The notes below the pieces were generated by a model that was not told the origin of the DNA, made no database searches, and was given only the letters and a program-made list of their open reading frames with translations. A program made the translations under genes and the position numbers. A stretch of 64,000 nucleotides of DNA from an uncultured Clostridia bacterium (GTDB lineage: Bacteria; Bacillota; Clostridia; Christensenellales; UBA3700): positions 25,292-89,291 of the forward strand of contig CAMFVQ010000058.1 of NCBI GenBank assembly GCA_945992255.1, in the 5' to 3' direction. Below are positions 36,506-45,358 of the stretch, in pieces. The first letter of the stretch is position 1. Every line of letters starts with the position of its first letter.

Positions 36506-38164
36506 TTACTCTCCTATAAATTCTAGGGTATGGTCGCAGACGCCTACGTAAGCGTCGAGTATTACGGCGAACCCGTCTATTTTCCTCATGTTATTTTTGC
36601 CGGCCTTAGCTGGTAGTGGGTTCTTATTCCTAGGATCCTCCTCTACCGCTACGTTAGTCATACACCACTTTACAACCGGATTGTTGTTATAGTTTATCCG
36701 CTTTTCTGCTAGCTCCGCCTCTAGCTTTTGAAACGGAACCGCCAGCGTCTTACTACCTTGCTGGCACCTTACGAGGCAGTCCCCCTCGCTAAAGCCGTCG
36801 GCTATAAAGTCGTTGACTAAGTATCGAGCACTATAGGCGTCGTAGTATATCCACCTATAGCAAATATCGTACTTGTCGACCATTTCGTCTACGTAGTCTA
36901 CTATAGCCCTGTGGTCTATGGAGTTCTTGCCTGCAATTCTTATGTAGCCCTGCTCTACCCAGAGCCTCCAGACGTTACCCATTCTGGGATCGTTTTGCGC
37001 TTTCTCGTAAAAGTCCTTGCTTATCCAGAACATTACCTCTACGCAGAACTCCAGGTTCTCGCTATCCCAGAATAACGTACAGAACGCCGTAAGGTCGTTT
37101 GTAAGCGACAAATCAAATCCGCCTATAGCGTCGTATCCCTTAAAGCGTTTTATATCAAAGGTGCGCTCGTTGTTTATTACGTCGTACTCAAAATATGCTT
37201 TTTCGCTGATTCCACCTAGGTTAAAGTGCTTAGTTTTTACGGCGTTTAAGCTCTGAGGCTTAGCGAGTGCGTCTTGTACTATACTGCGCAAGCGCTCTAT
37301 AGGGAATACCGTACCTAGGCTAGGATTTACCTGTTGCCAATGCTGCTCGTTCATCCAGTCCTTAGGGTCGTCTAGTTCATACAAAAGCGAGAACTTACGC
37401 TCGTCCTGAATAAGCCCGTCTAGTATGGCTTTACTGTTTTCGTGCTCCGTATCAAAGAGGGCGCCTCTTTTGTATCCGTTTGTACTGAGCATTATAAACA
37501 AAGGGTCGGCGCAACCTATTTGTCCGTTATAGAGTATGTCGTATATATCTTGGTCGAGTTCGTGTACCTCGTCTAGTATAACGACCTTGGGTAGCTTGCC
37601 GTCCAGCATATCCGGCTGATTTGCTAGCGCCATAAAAACGCTAAAGCCGTTTGGTCTTATATTCTTTATATCGTACTGCCGGCGCTTTAGCATTGCCTTT
37701 AAGTCTGGGCTTTGGTCTAGCATATTAGCTGCCTCGGTCCAAACTATTTTACTCTGCTGCAAAGCGTTAGCTGCAGAGTATACCTCGTTACCTTTTTTAG
37801 CTGTTTCGTAGAGAGCCACCGGCGCGATCATAGTTGTTTTACCGTTTTTTTTGCCGACCTCTATAAATACCTTTTGAAACTTTCGGCGGTCGCTACCTCT
37901 CTCTACAATTCCGTATATAGCGGAGAGCGCCGCCTTTTGCCAAAGCAAGTAGCGTATAGGCTTACCTCTCCACTCGTCTTTGCTCTGTCGGCAGAACCGC
38001 TCACCAAATTCTATAGGTTTGCTCGCTAGGGCTGGGTTATAGTACCACCGAGGGTCTTTACCATGGATTATAGGTAGTAGAGCCTCGTACTGTTTAATAA
38101 CGTACTTTGGTATATCTATAGTCCCTTGCTTACCAGCCTCTAGGTACTCCTCAATCCATACCAT
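36506..38164 (-). CDS. Terminase large subunit
   Basis: Walker A-like EVGKKNGKT and a VILDEVHE Walker B. Size and position fit a large terminase. Confidence 0.85.
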   Translation of the reverse strand: MVWIEEYLEAGKQGTIDIPKYVIKQYEALLPIIHGKDPRWYYNPALASKPIEFGERFCRQSKDEWRGKPIRYLLWQKAALSAIYGIVERGSDRRKFQKVFIEVGKKNGKTTMIAPVALYETAKKGNEVYSAANALQQSKIVWTEAANMLDQSPDLKAMLKRRQYDIKNIRPNGFSVFMALANQPDMLDGKLPKVVILDEVHELDQDIYDILYNGQIGCADPLFIMLSTNGYKRGALFDTEHENSKAILDGLIQDERKFSLLYELDDPKDWMNEQHWQQVNPSLGTVFPIERLRSIVQDALAKPQSLNAVKTKHFNLGGISEKAYFEYDVINNERTFDIKRFKGYDAIGGFDLSLTNDLTAFCTLFWDSENLEFCVEVMFWISKDFYEKAQNDPRMGNVWRLWVEQGYIRIAGKNSIDHRAIVDYVDEMVDKYDICYRWIYYDAYSARYLVNDFIADGFSEGDCLVRCQQGSKTLAVPFQKLEAELAEKRINYNNNPVVKWCMTNVAVEEDPRNKNPLPAKAGKNNMRKIDGFAVILDAYVGVCDHTLEFIGE

Positions 38165-38167
38165 AAG

Positions 38168-38728
38168 CTAGTCCCCCATAAACTCCTCCGCCGCGCTCTT
38201 GTTTGCTTTTTCTTGTCTTACTGCGTAAGCTGCTCGGCCGGCTGGAGTTAGCGCTAGCTGCTCTGCTAGAATTCGTACCGTTTGGACGTGGCGGTTATAC
38301 TCTCGTAAGAGAGGGTTAACCACGTGCTTTATGGTGCTGCTAGAACTGCGCTTAATAGGTTGTCCGGAGGGTGTAGCCTCCGTCTTTGAACCTGTGGAAA
38401 TATCCGGCGTCATAAGACTGTACGGCGCTACTTTCTCGCTACCTTTGGCCCACTCGTCGTATAGCCGTTGCGTTATATCTACCTCTACGCAGTAGGCAGT
38501 AAGTACCGCTATATCCAGGTCGTTAAGTATCTGCATATCAAGCTCTCTATAAAGCTTTACTACCCGGCGCCACTCTTTTTTTGCCCCCTCCGCTAGGTTC
38601 TTGGGGCAACGCAAAATTGCAGAGTTGCACTTAGGCGTGTTTGCCTTTTGGCGCTCTATAGCTCCTGGGTCCTTATAGGTATCGTTGTTTTTTAGCTCCG
38701 CCGGTATAGCGTTACGTCCTCTACTCAT
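38168..38728 (-). CDS. Terminase small subunit (P27 family-like)
   Basis: Start chosen at MSRGRNAIP...LK, typical of the P27 family. Lies upstream of the large terminase gene. Confidence 0.65.
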   Translation of the reverse strand: MSRGRNAIPAELKNNDTYKDPGAIERQKANTPKCNSAILRCPKNLAEGAKKEWRRVVKLYRELDMQILNDLDIAVLTAYCVEVDITQRLYDEWAKGSEKVAPYSLMTPDISTGSKTEATPSGQPIKRSSSSTIKHVVNPLLREYNRHVQTVRILAEQLALTPAGRAAYAVRQEKANKSAAEEFMGD

Positions 38729-39059
38729 TCTTTTTCCTCGGCATCCCGTTCGCGTCAAAAATCAAGCCGGGAGCCAGCACCTCGCTCTCTCCGTGTATTT
38801 TATTATGGCAAGTCCTACATAGTAGGATTAAGTTATCCTCGTTAAGCGCCACGTTAGGGTCGTTTATGTTTTCCTCGGTTAGCTCCTCTTTATGGTGGCA
38901 ATGGAGCTGGCCGTAAATCGGCTTGTTGTGGTCGACGTTCTTGTTGTGGCAGCACTCGCATATCCAGCCCTTACTTGCCGCGTAGTACGCGCTGAGCTTA
39001 CGCCATGCAGTACTGTTGTAGAATTTATTTTTAGCCGGCGAACGGTCCTCATATCTCAT
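38721..39059 (-). CDS. HNH endonuclease
   Basis: CxxC...HCHHK...N...CRTCHNKIH motif. Adjacent to the terminase genes, as in HK97-like cos phages. Confidence 0.85.
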   Translation of the reverse strand: MRYEDRSPAKNKFYNSTAWRKLSAYYAASKGWICECCHNKNVDHNKPIYGQLHCHHKEELTEENINDPNVALNEDNLILLCRTCHNKIHGESEVLAPGLIFDANGMPRKKNE

Positions 39060-39063
39060 ACTC

Positions 39064-39882
39064 CTATCCTCTTATTTTTTCCGCCGTTTTACCCGTATAC
39101 TTTTCCCAGCGGTCTACTATGCAGCTTGCGTACTTATCGTCAATCTCTACTATGCAGCACTTACGGCCCAGTTGCTCGCAGGCTATCAGCGTGGAGCCGG
39201 AACCGCCAAATAGGTCTAATACGGTATCTCCCTTTTTTGTGCTGTTCGCTAGGAGCCTTGCTATAAGTCTTACGGGTTTCATAGTAGGGTGCGTTTCGCT
39301 TGCCGCTGGCTTATCCTCTCGGATCACCGTCTGCGGTTCTGCGTTTAGTTTGTCTTGGAGCTCCATACAATAGGCAAGTAGCTCGGTCTTTTTCATTTGC
39401 TTTATATTTATAAGCTCGTCGCTCTCCTCTACAGTCGTCTTAGTTCTATCCGGCGTAAAGTAATGCGCTGCACCCTCTTTCCAGCCGTATATACACGGCT
39501 CGTGCTTTTGCTGATAGTCCTGCCGTCCTAGCACCATAGTATTTTTTACCCATACTAGTTGCTGGCGTACTCTAAGGCCTACGCTGTTAAGAGCGTCGTA
39601 AAAGGTCTTAAGCTTTTTGTCAGCTAGCCAAATATAGAACGAGCCTCCGGGCTTTAGGGCGTCGCCCATATTACGAAACGCTCGCTGCAGGAACCGCTGA
39701 AACTCTGGCTCGTCCATAACGTCGTTGTCTATGCGCAAGGCGTCTTTAGTCTTGCCTACGTAGTCGACGTTATATGGCGGATCGGTCATTACGCAGTCGG
39801 CGGAGCCCCCCCCGTTACTACACGTACCGTTTCTGGTTCTGTGCAGTCTCCGCACACCAAAGTATGCGTACCGAGTTGCCAA
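39064..39882 (-). CDS. DNA methyltransferase domain (beta-class N6A/N4C), out of frame with the upstream ParB-like domain
   Basis: TDPPYNVDY (motif IV) comes before FGGSGST (motif I). The reading frame overlaps the end of 39789-40331 at a G8 tract. Confidence 0.8.
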   Translation of the reverse strand: MATRYAYFGVRRLHRTRNGTCSNGGGSADCVMTDPPYNVDYVGKTKDALRIDNDVMDEPEFQRFLQRAFRNMGDALKPGGSFYIWLADKKLKTFYDALNSVGLRVRQQLVWVKNTMVLGRQDYQQKHEPCIYGWKEGAAHYFTPDRTKTTVEESDELINIKQMKKTELLAYCMELQDKLNAEPQTVIREDKPAASETHPTMKPVRLIARLLANSTKKGDTVLDLFGGSGSTLIACEQLGRKCCIVEIDDKYASCIVDRWEKYTGKTAEKIRG

Positions 39883-40331
39883 ACCTCTCCGTATTTTACA
39901 AGCGACGGCGCCGCCGTCACGTTGTAGTCGTCCTCTTGTACGGTGCTTGCCTCGTCCTCCTCAAGTATCAAGCCGAATAGCTCAAGAGCTCTTGCGTCCG
40001 TAAGCTTGCAAAGCTCAGCCTGTACTAGGTCGTCGTCCAAACCTGTAGCAAGGTTTGTAGCGTTATGCACCATAGTGTACTCCCGGCGCTGTTCGTCCGT
40101 TAAGTGGTCGAGCCTTACGCAGGGAACCTCTACGTATCCGAGGCGCTGAGCCGCAAGCGCTCTACCGTGCCCCTCTACGATTATATTATCCTTACCCCAT
40201 ACGCCGACGGGATCGTTAAAGCCGTAGCGCTTTATGCTTTCCGCTATTTGTTCAAGCTGCGCCTCGGTGTGTATCTTGGTATTACCGTCATAAACGGTTA
40301 AGTCTGCTATCCGGATCTTTTCTATTTTCAC
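39789..40331 (-). CDS. ParB-like nuclease domain ORF (N-terminal part of a ParB-methyltransferase)
   Basis: The NDPVGVW...IIVEGHGR motif matches the ParB N-terminal domain. GTG start behind GAGGTG. Ends 7 codons after the G8 tract. Confidence 0.75.
   Translation of the reverse strand: MKIEKIRIADLTVYDGNTKIHTEAQLEQIAESIKRYGFNDPVGVWGKDNIIVEGHGRALAAQRLGYVEVPCVRLDHLTDEQRREYTMVHNATNLATGLDDDLVQAELCKLTDARALELFGLILEEDEASTVQEDDYNVTAAPSLVKYGEVWQLGTHTLVCGDCTEPETVRVVTGGAPPTA
39806..39813 (-). repeat. G8 homopolymer at the ParB/methyltransferase frame junction
   Basis: Eight C on the plus strand. G9 or G6 would fuse the two ORFs into ...VVTGG(G)SADCVMTDPPY... Confidence 0.9.
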
Positions 40332-40459
40332 TTTGCACCTCGCTTTTTAGAGGTTTTCCCTCTACTTATATAAGGACTTTGAGCATTTTTTATTTTTCCG
40401 TTAAAAATATGTACAAAACTCCAGCGCCGTTGTTTTATAAAAAGTTAGAGGGGTGTAGA

Positions 40460-40467
40460 CCCCCCCC
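40460..40467 (-). repeat. Second G8 homopolymer, abutting the SNF2 stop codon
   Basis: Eight C on the plus strand, in the 135 bp gap upstream of the ParB-methyltransferase gene. Confidence 0.9.
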
Positions 40468-41843
40468 TATGCTCGGCCATGCGCCTCAATTCGTGCTTTT
40501 ACAGCTGCTATAAGTTCGTCCTGGCTTATGCTCTTAGCCTTTAAGGCTCTTAGTACGTCCTCGTCTACGGTATCCTCCGCCACTAAGTGGTGAATAATTA
40601 CTGCCTGTTGCTGCCCTTGTCTATAAAGCCTTGCGTTTGCTTGCTGATAAAGCTCTAAGCTCCAGGTTAAACCGAACCATACTATTATGTTACCGCCTGC
40701 CTGTAGGTTAAGTCCGTGCCCCATGCTTGCAGGGTGCGCTAGTAGTACTTGTATCTTGCCGGCGTTCCAGTCGTCTTGGTCGTCGTCTGTAGCCAAGGTC
40801 CTAGGGTTGTACTTACTAAGCCTTGCCATAAGCCTGCTGTAATCGTGTTGGTAGTTATAAAAGACCATTATAGGCTTGCCTGGATTGTCCTCTATAATCT
40901 CCTCTAAGGCGTCTAGCTTTACGTCGTGTATCGTTGTTACGTTCTTGGTTTCGCTGTATACTGCGCCGTTAGCCATCTGTAATAGCTTATTAGTTACTAC
41001 CGCTTGGCTGCCTGCTGTTACTACCTCTTTGCTATCAAGCTCTAATATACACTCCCTTTCCAGCTCGTCGTACTGCTCTCTTGCTATAGTAGGTAGCTGA
41101 AGTTTAATAACGTTGTCTATTCGGTCCGGTAGCTTCAAGTAGTCCGCGGCCTTTAGGCTTATGGCTATATCGCCTATAGCTTTGTATATAGCCTCCTCTG
41201 CACCTTTCCTGGGTACGTACTCGTATACGACGGTACGGTTCCTACGTCCTGGAGTAAAGTACTTATCGCGGTAAGCTGTTATAGTCTTGCCTAGTCGTTC
41301 GCCTTGATCCAGTAGATATATCTGGCTCCAGAGGTCCATAAGTCCGTTGGGACTTGGCGTTCCTGTCAGCTCTATAACTCTGTCAGTTATTGCGGCTACT
41401 TTTCTTAATGCCTTAAAGCGTTTACTCTGGTTACTCTTAAAGCTACTGCTCTCGTCGATCACTATAGTATCAAAAGGCCACTTTTTTTGCTTTATGCAGT
41501 ACTCTACAAGCCATACGACGTTTTCTCGGTTTATTAGGTATATATCCGCGTCCGCCTTTAGGCCTCGTATACGTTCTGCCTCTGTGCCTAGTATCTTGGA
41601 TGCCGTAAGGTGTCTTAAGTGGTCAAACTTTTTGATCTCGTCCGTCCAGGTCTTACGGGCTACTCGCAGCGGTGCTATTACCAGTACCTTACAGCACTCA
41701 AACCTATCAAACATAAGCTCGTTTATCGCGGTCAAGGTGCATACCGTTTTGCCTAGGCCCATATCCAGTATGGCTATAATCTTTTTGGTATCCAGCATAC
41801 GCCCGGTTGTGTAGTTCTGGTAGTCATGGGGTTTGTATTTCAT
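40467..41843 (-). CDS. SNF2-family helicase
   Basis: Motif I LDMGLGKT, motif II VIDESS, and the C-terminal helicase motif QANARLYRQGQ. Confidence 0.85.
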   Translation of the reverse strand: MKYKPHDYQNYTTGRMLDTKKIIAILDMGLGKTVCTLTAINELMFDRFECCKVLVIAPLRVARKTWTDEIKKFDHLRHLTASKILGTEAERIRGLKADADIYLINRENVVWLVEYCIKQKKWPFDTIVIDESSSFKSNQSKRFKALRKVAAITDRVIELTGTPSPNGLMDLWSQIYLLDQGERLGKTITAYRDKYFTPGRRNRTVVYEYVPRKGAEEAIYKAIGDIAISLKAADYLKLPDRIDNVIKLQLPTIAREQYDELERECILELDSKEVVTAGSQAVVTNKLLQMANGAVYSETKNVTTIHDVKLDALEEIIEDNPGKPIMVFYNYQHDYSRLMARLSKYNPRTLATDDDQDDWNAGKIQVLLAHPASMGHGLNLQAGGNIIVWFGLTWSLELYQQANARLYRQGQQQAVIIHHLVAEDTVDEDVLRALKAKSISQDELIAAVKARIEAHGRA

Positions 41844-42120
41844 TGCGTATCTCCTCTATAAACTGGTCTACCAGCTCGTAGGTATTTATTACCCTTGCGT
41901 CAAAGCCTAAAGCTCGTAGCTCTTTTATACGGTACTTTTGCAGCTTGGATACCTTACCGCCTTTAGGTCTCTTTGTCTCTACAAATACAATCCTGCCATT
42001 AGGCAAGCATACTATCCTGTCCGGTACTCCTCTATTGCCGTCACTTATAAACTTAAAAGCCTTACCGCCTAGGCTTTCGACCTTTGCTCTCAGCCTTGCC
42101 TCTACCTCGCTCTCCAGCAT
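41824..42120 (-). CDS. VRR-NUC domain nuclease
   Basis: Start at MLESEVE behind AGGAGG. The GVPDRIV...VETKRPKGG..S..Q motif is present. Confidence 0.75.
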   Translation of the reverse strand: MLESEVEARLRAKVESLGGKAFKFISDGNRGVPDRIVCLPNGRIVFVETKRPKGGKVSKLQKYRIKELRALGFDARVINTYELVDQFIEEIRNEIQTP

Positions 42121-42137
42121 ATTAAGTTGTCCTCCTA

Positions 42138-42272
42138 TTAGTTTACTTTTACGTCTATACGGATCGCTTTGTTTCCGCAAGCGTATACCGTAATATTACC
42201 TTTTTCAAGTTTATTGCAAAGGCCGCTTTTAATAGCCTCTATTGCTTTGTTAATCCATTCTGCGTCTATCAT
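42138..42272 (-). CDS. Small phage hypothetical protein
   Basis: The internal start MIDAEWI lies behind AGGAGG. The longer tracked ORF (to 42356) lacks an SD and runs into the iteron region. Confidence 0.35.
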   Translation of the reverse strand: MIDAEWINKAIEAIKSGLCNKLEKGNITVYACGNKAIRIDVKVN

Positions 42273-42299
42273 GGAATAGTCCTCCTGTTTATATGTTTT

Positions 42300-42627
42300 T
42301 TGCCTTTGGTATACTGGTATACCGTTGTAAACCTCTTTTACGCGTATGTATTCCATTTAGGCGTTTTAGGTGGTGTGTCTTACGTATGCGTCTGCCTAAT
42401 TCGTATTTTTATACTTTATAGGGTTTTGACGGTATACTTGGTATACCTATAGGCTTTTTTGCTGTTTTCTATATATACTAACGTATATATAGCGATTGTC
42501 GTCTTTTGGGTTATTTTTGGTATACCGTTTAGGTTTTTTGACGGTATACCACGGTATACTTGGTATACTTACGCTGGTATACCGGACTTTTGCAGTATAC
42601 GGCGGTATACTTTATAGCCGTATACTG
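42300..42627. repeat. Iteron array, putative phage replication origin
   Basis: Ten GGTATAC and two NGTATAC copies. The longer unit TTTTGACGGTATAC occurs twice. Noncoding, and adjacent to the primase-helicase gene. Confidence 0.6.
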
Positions 42628-45039
42628 CTACTCGGTAGACTTTCTCCAGCCTTTTTGCCGCCCGTAGCCTTTAAACTCTACGGGGTTTGGCATACGTTCC
42701 CAGCCTAAAAGCTCTAGGGCGTTATTGATTCTGCGAGAGGTTGTATAGTCTAGGGCGCTCTTGTCTCTGCCTAAGCCCTCGCACCATATCTCTATGGCGC
42801 ATACCTTGGTTCTAGGTATAAGCTCGGTAGACTCTCCGCTTTCGTCCCTGTACTCGTCTGTAGCGCTGTAATACTGCTGTCTCTCAAGTAGACTAAGCTG
42901 CGCCCAGTTACTAGGTATGGGCTTTGCAAGTATAGCCTCTACTACGCCCTTGTAGCTGTCCTCTACGCTGTGTTTTGCTTGTAACTCTGTAGCTGCCTCG
43001 GCTACCTCTGGCGGTAGCTCCATAATGTTCTCGCCGGAGCGGTAGAGCTCCAGAGCCTCCGCCCATACTTGGTGTACCTCGCTCTCTGTAAGGTCGCGCC
43101 ATACGAGCTTGGTACGCATAGTTGCGTCGGTGTCGATAGCCCAGAACCTACGGTTCCCCGTAGGGTCGTCTAAAAATTCGTGGTTGTTCGTGGTTCCTAT
43201 AAATATGCACTGTCGCTTGCTTATGGTGGTATTACGTGCGTAAGCTTTTCGGTAGGTATCCTCGGTCTTACTTATGTAGCCCTTTATTGCCTCGCGGTCG
43301 CCTCGCTTAAGAGCTGCTAGCTCGCTCATTTCCATGATCCATACTCCGTCTAGAGCCTCGTAGCTCTCTTTGCCTCGTATGTCTGTAAGGGTATCGCTTG
43401 CCCACTCTCTTGCTAGCTTTTGTACTATAAGACTTTTGCCTATGCCTTGCTTGCCTATAATTACCATCATGTAGTCGAATTTGCAGCCCGGCTCGTATAC
43501 TCTTGCTACGGCCGCAGTAATCACTTTGCGTGTTACCGTGCGTACGTACTCGGTATCGTCGGCGCCGAGATAGTCTATAAGCAGGCGCTCTACTCTGGGC
43601 ACTCCGTCCCAGGCGGCGGACTCTATAAAGTTCTTAACCGGGTGGTAGGAGTTCTCCTCAAAGAGCAAAGTAAGCGCGTCCTGCAGCTTTACTCTCGCCT
43701 CTATGCCGTAGACCTGCTCCACGTAGTTGCGTAGTCCTGCGTCGTCTGTATCCGTCCAAACGCTGCCCCTACGAGGCCATGGTAGATTTTTGTTTGTTAC
43801 GGTGTACCTACTACGGAACTCGTCCAGTCCGCCTATCCCTCGTAGGTTAGGGTCGTTTTTAAGTATCAGTAGCAAGTTTGCTATAGTCGCCTCGTACTCG
43901 CCGTTTTTGGCCGTAGTAAGCTTTTTGAGCCATTCCTTATTGTCCGGATCGGTTAGGTTTTCGCCAAAGTCTAAGGCCGCGGCGGCCAACTTATCCACGC
44001 CCACTTGCGCTCTTACGTTTTCGTCAGCGCCGGCTAGAGCCATCATAGCACTCCAGCTTGGTAGCTTGTTTACGGGGGTATCCGGTTTAGCCTCTACGTC
44101 TCTGTCCCCGAATAGGTGTACTCTTACGAGATCAAAGGCGTTGCAAAGCATACCGCTTATAGGGTCGGTACCGTGGTTACTGTAGGCGAACCTATCCTCG
44201 TATATTACCAGTCCTGCGGCTGTGGATCCTTGGGCGTAGGTGTATCTGCCCGGAGTATTGCACTCCGTGTATACCTCCGGCAAGAACGTAGCTATAGCCT
44301 CCGGTATTGTGTACGCCCTGCAGAACGCACCTATCAGCCCACCCTTGGCGAGAGGGTCGCCTTGCTTGTCCGCTTGCTTTGCTCGGATTTTTGTGCACCT
44401 GCTGCTCTCCGGCCAATAGCTGGCATCCCTCCAGTCGGTATAGGTTTTAAGTACGTCGTCCGGGTTGAGTATAGGCAGGTCTAGAACCTTGTAGAAATAC
44501 TCGCCGTCCTTTGGAGTAGAGGGCCAGTACATAAGTCTTGCAGGCTGGTAGGTAGTGTCGTCGAAATAGTCTATACCTATGTCGTCTGCAAGCTTACGCG
44601 CTATTGCCTCGTACTCCTCCGGTGTTACCTTACGGCTAAGAGGTATAAGTATACGTAGCCTAGGCTTTTTAGGTGTGTGTTTATGGGTAGAGTACGCGAG
44701 TAGTGCGTAGGTTGTAAAGGTAGCTATATCGTCCCAGAGGTCTTGCGGCGCAAAGTCCGCATCCAGGGTGATAAGACTCCTGCTTACGACGTGCCCGTTC
44801 TTGCGTCGTCCCTCTTTAAGCTCGCCGGCTACAAAGCCACCTATGTCCTTAATTTTAGACTGCTCGTCTTTGTTCATAGCGGCATACTCCGCTACGGTTT
44901 CGTAGGTCCTCTGAGTAGAGCTTAAGCGCTCTACTAGCTCTCCCCATGTAGTAGTTTTGTTTTTCCAGTTCGTCGCCCACCTGCTTTTTGCTACGGAAAT
45001 AGCAAGCTGTAGCTCCGCTCCGTGTTTTAAGTCGCTCAT
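42628..45039 (-). CDS. Primase/helicase (VirE-type P-loop domain)
   Basis: Walker A IGKQGIGKS and Walker B VWIMEMSE, with a large N-terminal primase-like region. Located next to PolA. Confidence 0.75.
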   Translation of the reverse strand: MSDLKHGAELQLAISVAKSRWATNWKNKTTTWGELVERLSSTQRTYETVAEYAAMNKDEQSKIKDIGGFVAGELKEGRRKNGHVVSRSLITLDADFAPQDLWDDIATFTTYALLAYSTHKHTPKKPRLRILIPLSRKVTPEEYEAIARKLADDIGIDYFDDTTYQPARLMYWPSTPKDGEYFYKVLDLPILNPDDVLKTYTDWRDASYWPESSRCTKIRAKQADKQGDPLAKGGLIGAFCRAYTIPEAIATFLPEVYTECNTPGRYTYAQGSTAAGLVIYEDRFAYSNHGTDPISGMLCNAFDLVRVHLFGDRDVEAKPDTPVNKLPSWSAMMALAGADENVRAQVGVDKLAAAALDFGENLTDPDNKEWLKKLTTAKNGEYEATIANLLLILKNDPNLRGIGGLDEFRSRYTVTNKNLPWPRRGSVWTDTDDAGLRNYVEQVYGIEARVKLQDALTLLFEENSYHPVKNFIESAAWDGVPRVERLLIDYLGADDTEYVRTVTRKVITAAVARVYEPGCKFDYMMVIIGKQGIGKSLIVQKLAREWASDTLTDIRGKESYEALDGVWIMEMSELAALKRGDREAIKGYISKTEDTYRKAYARNTTISKRQCIFIGTTNNHEFLDDPTGNRRFWAIDTDATMRTKLVWRDLTESEVHQVWAEALELYRSGENIMELPPEVAEAATELQAKHSVEDSYKGVVEAILAKPIPSNWAQLSLLERQQYYSATDEYRDESGESTELIPRTKVCAIEIWCEGLGRDKSALDYTTSRRINNALELLGWERMPNPVEFKGYGRQKGWRKSTE

Positions 45040-45058
45040 AGATTCTCTACCTCCTAGC

Positions 45059-45349
45059 CTATACGCTTACAAAGGTGCAGCCGTTAATAAGCTTTTTTTT
45101 GTCTCTTGCTGAGAGCTTTTCGTAAGCCTTTCGTAGCATTACTGCGTAGCCGTTAGGTCTTATGAATATGGCGTAGTCGTCCGCTGTTACCTCTTTGTCG
45201 TATAAGGCCGCCTCCTTTTTACCGAGTTGTTTCATAGCCCACGGGCAATCCCAGTAATAGTGGTAGGCTTTGTTGTGTTGCTCCATAAGTTGTTGTACGC
45301 TCTCCTCGGCCTCTTTCTTTAATTCTCTTAGTGTAGTGTTGTCTATCAT
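45059..45349 (-). CDS. Phage hypothetical protein
   Basis: ORF with a GAGGGG SD. Confidence 0.5.
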   Translation of the reverse strand: MIDNTTLRELKKEAEESVQQLMEQHNKAYHYYWDCPWAMKQLGKKEAALYDKEVTADDYAIFIRPNGYAVMLRKAYEKLSARDKKKLINGCTFVSV

Positions 45350-45358
45350 ATAAGCCCC

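Noticed and set aside
42300-42627. CRISPR array
   Set aside because: The repeats are only 7 nt (GGTATAC), are irregularly spaced, and have no uniform spacers or cas genes. The pattern fits iterons. No CRISPR-like array was seen anywhere in the window.
42496-42708. ORF 42496-42708(+) in the iteron region
   Set aside because: It has no SD, it is a repetitive translation of the GGTATAC repeats, and it is antisense to the primase-helicase 3' end.
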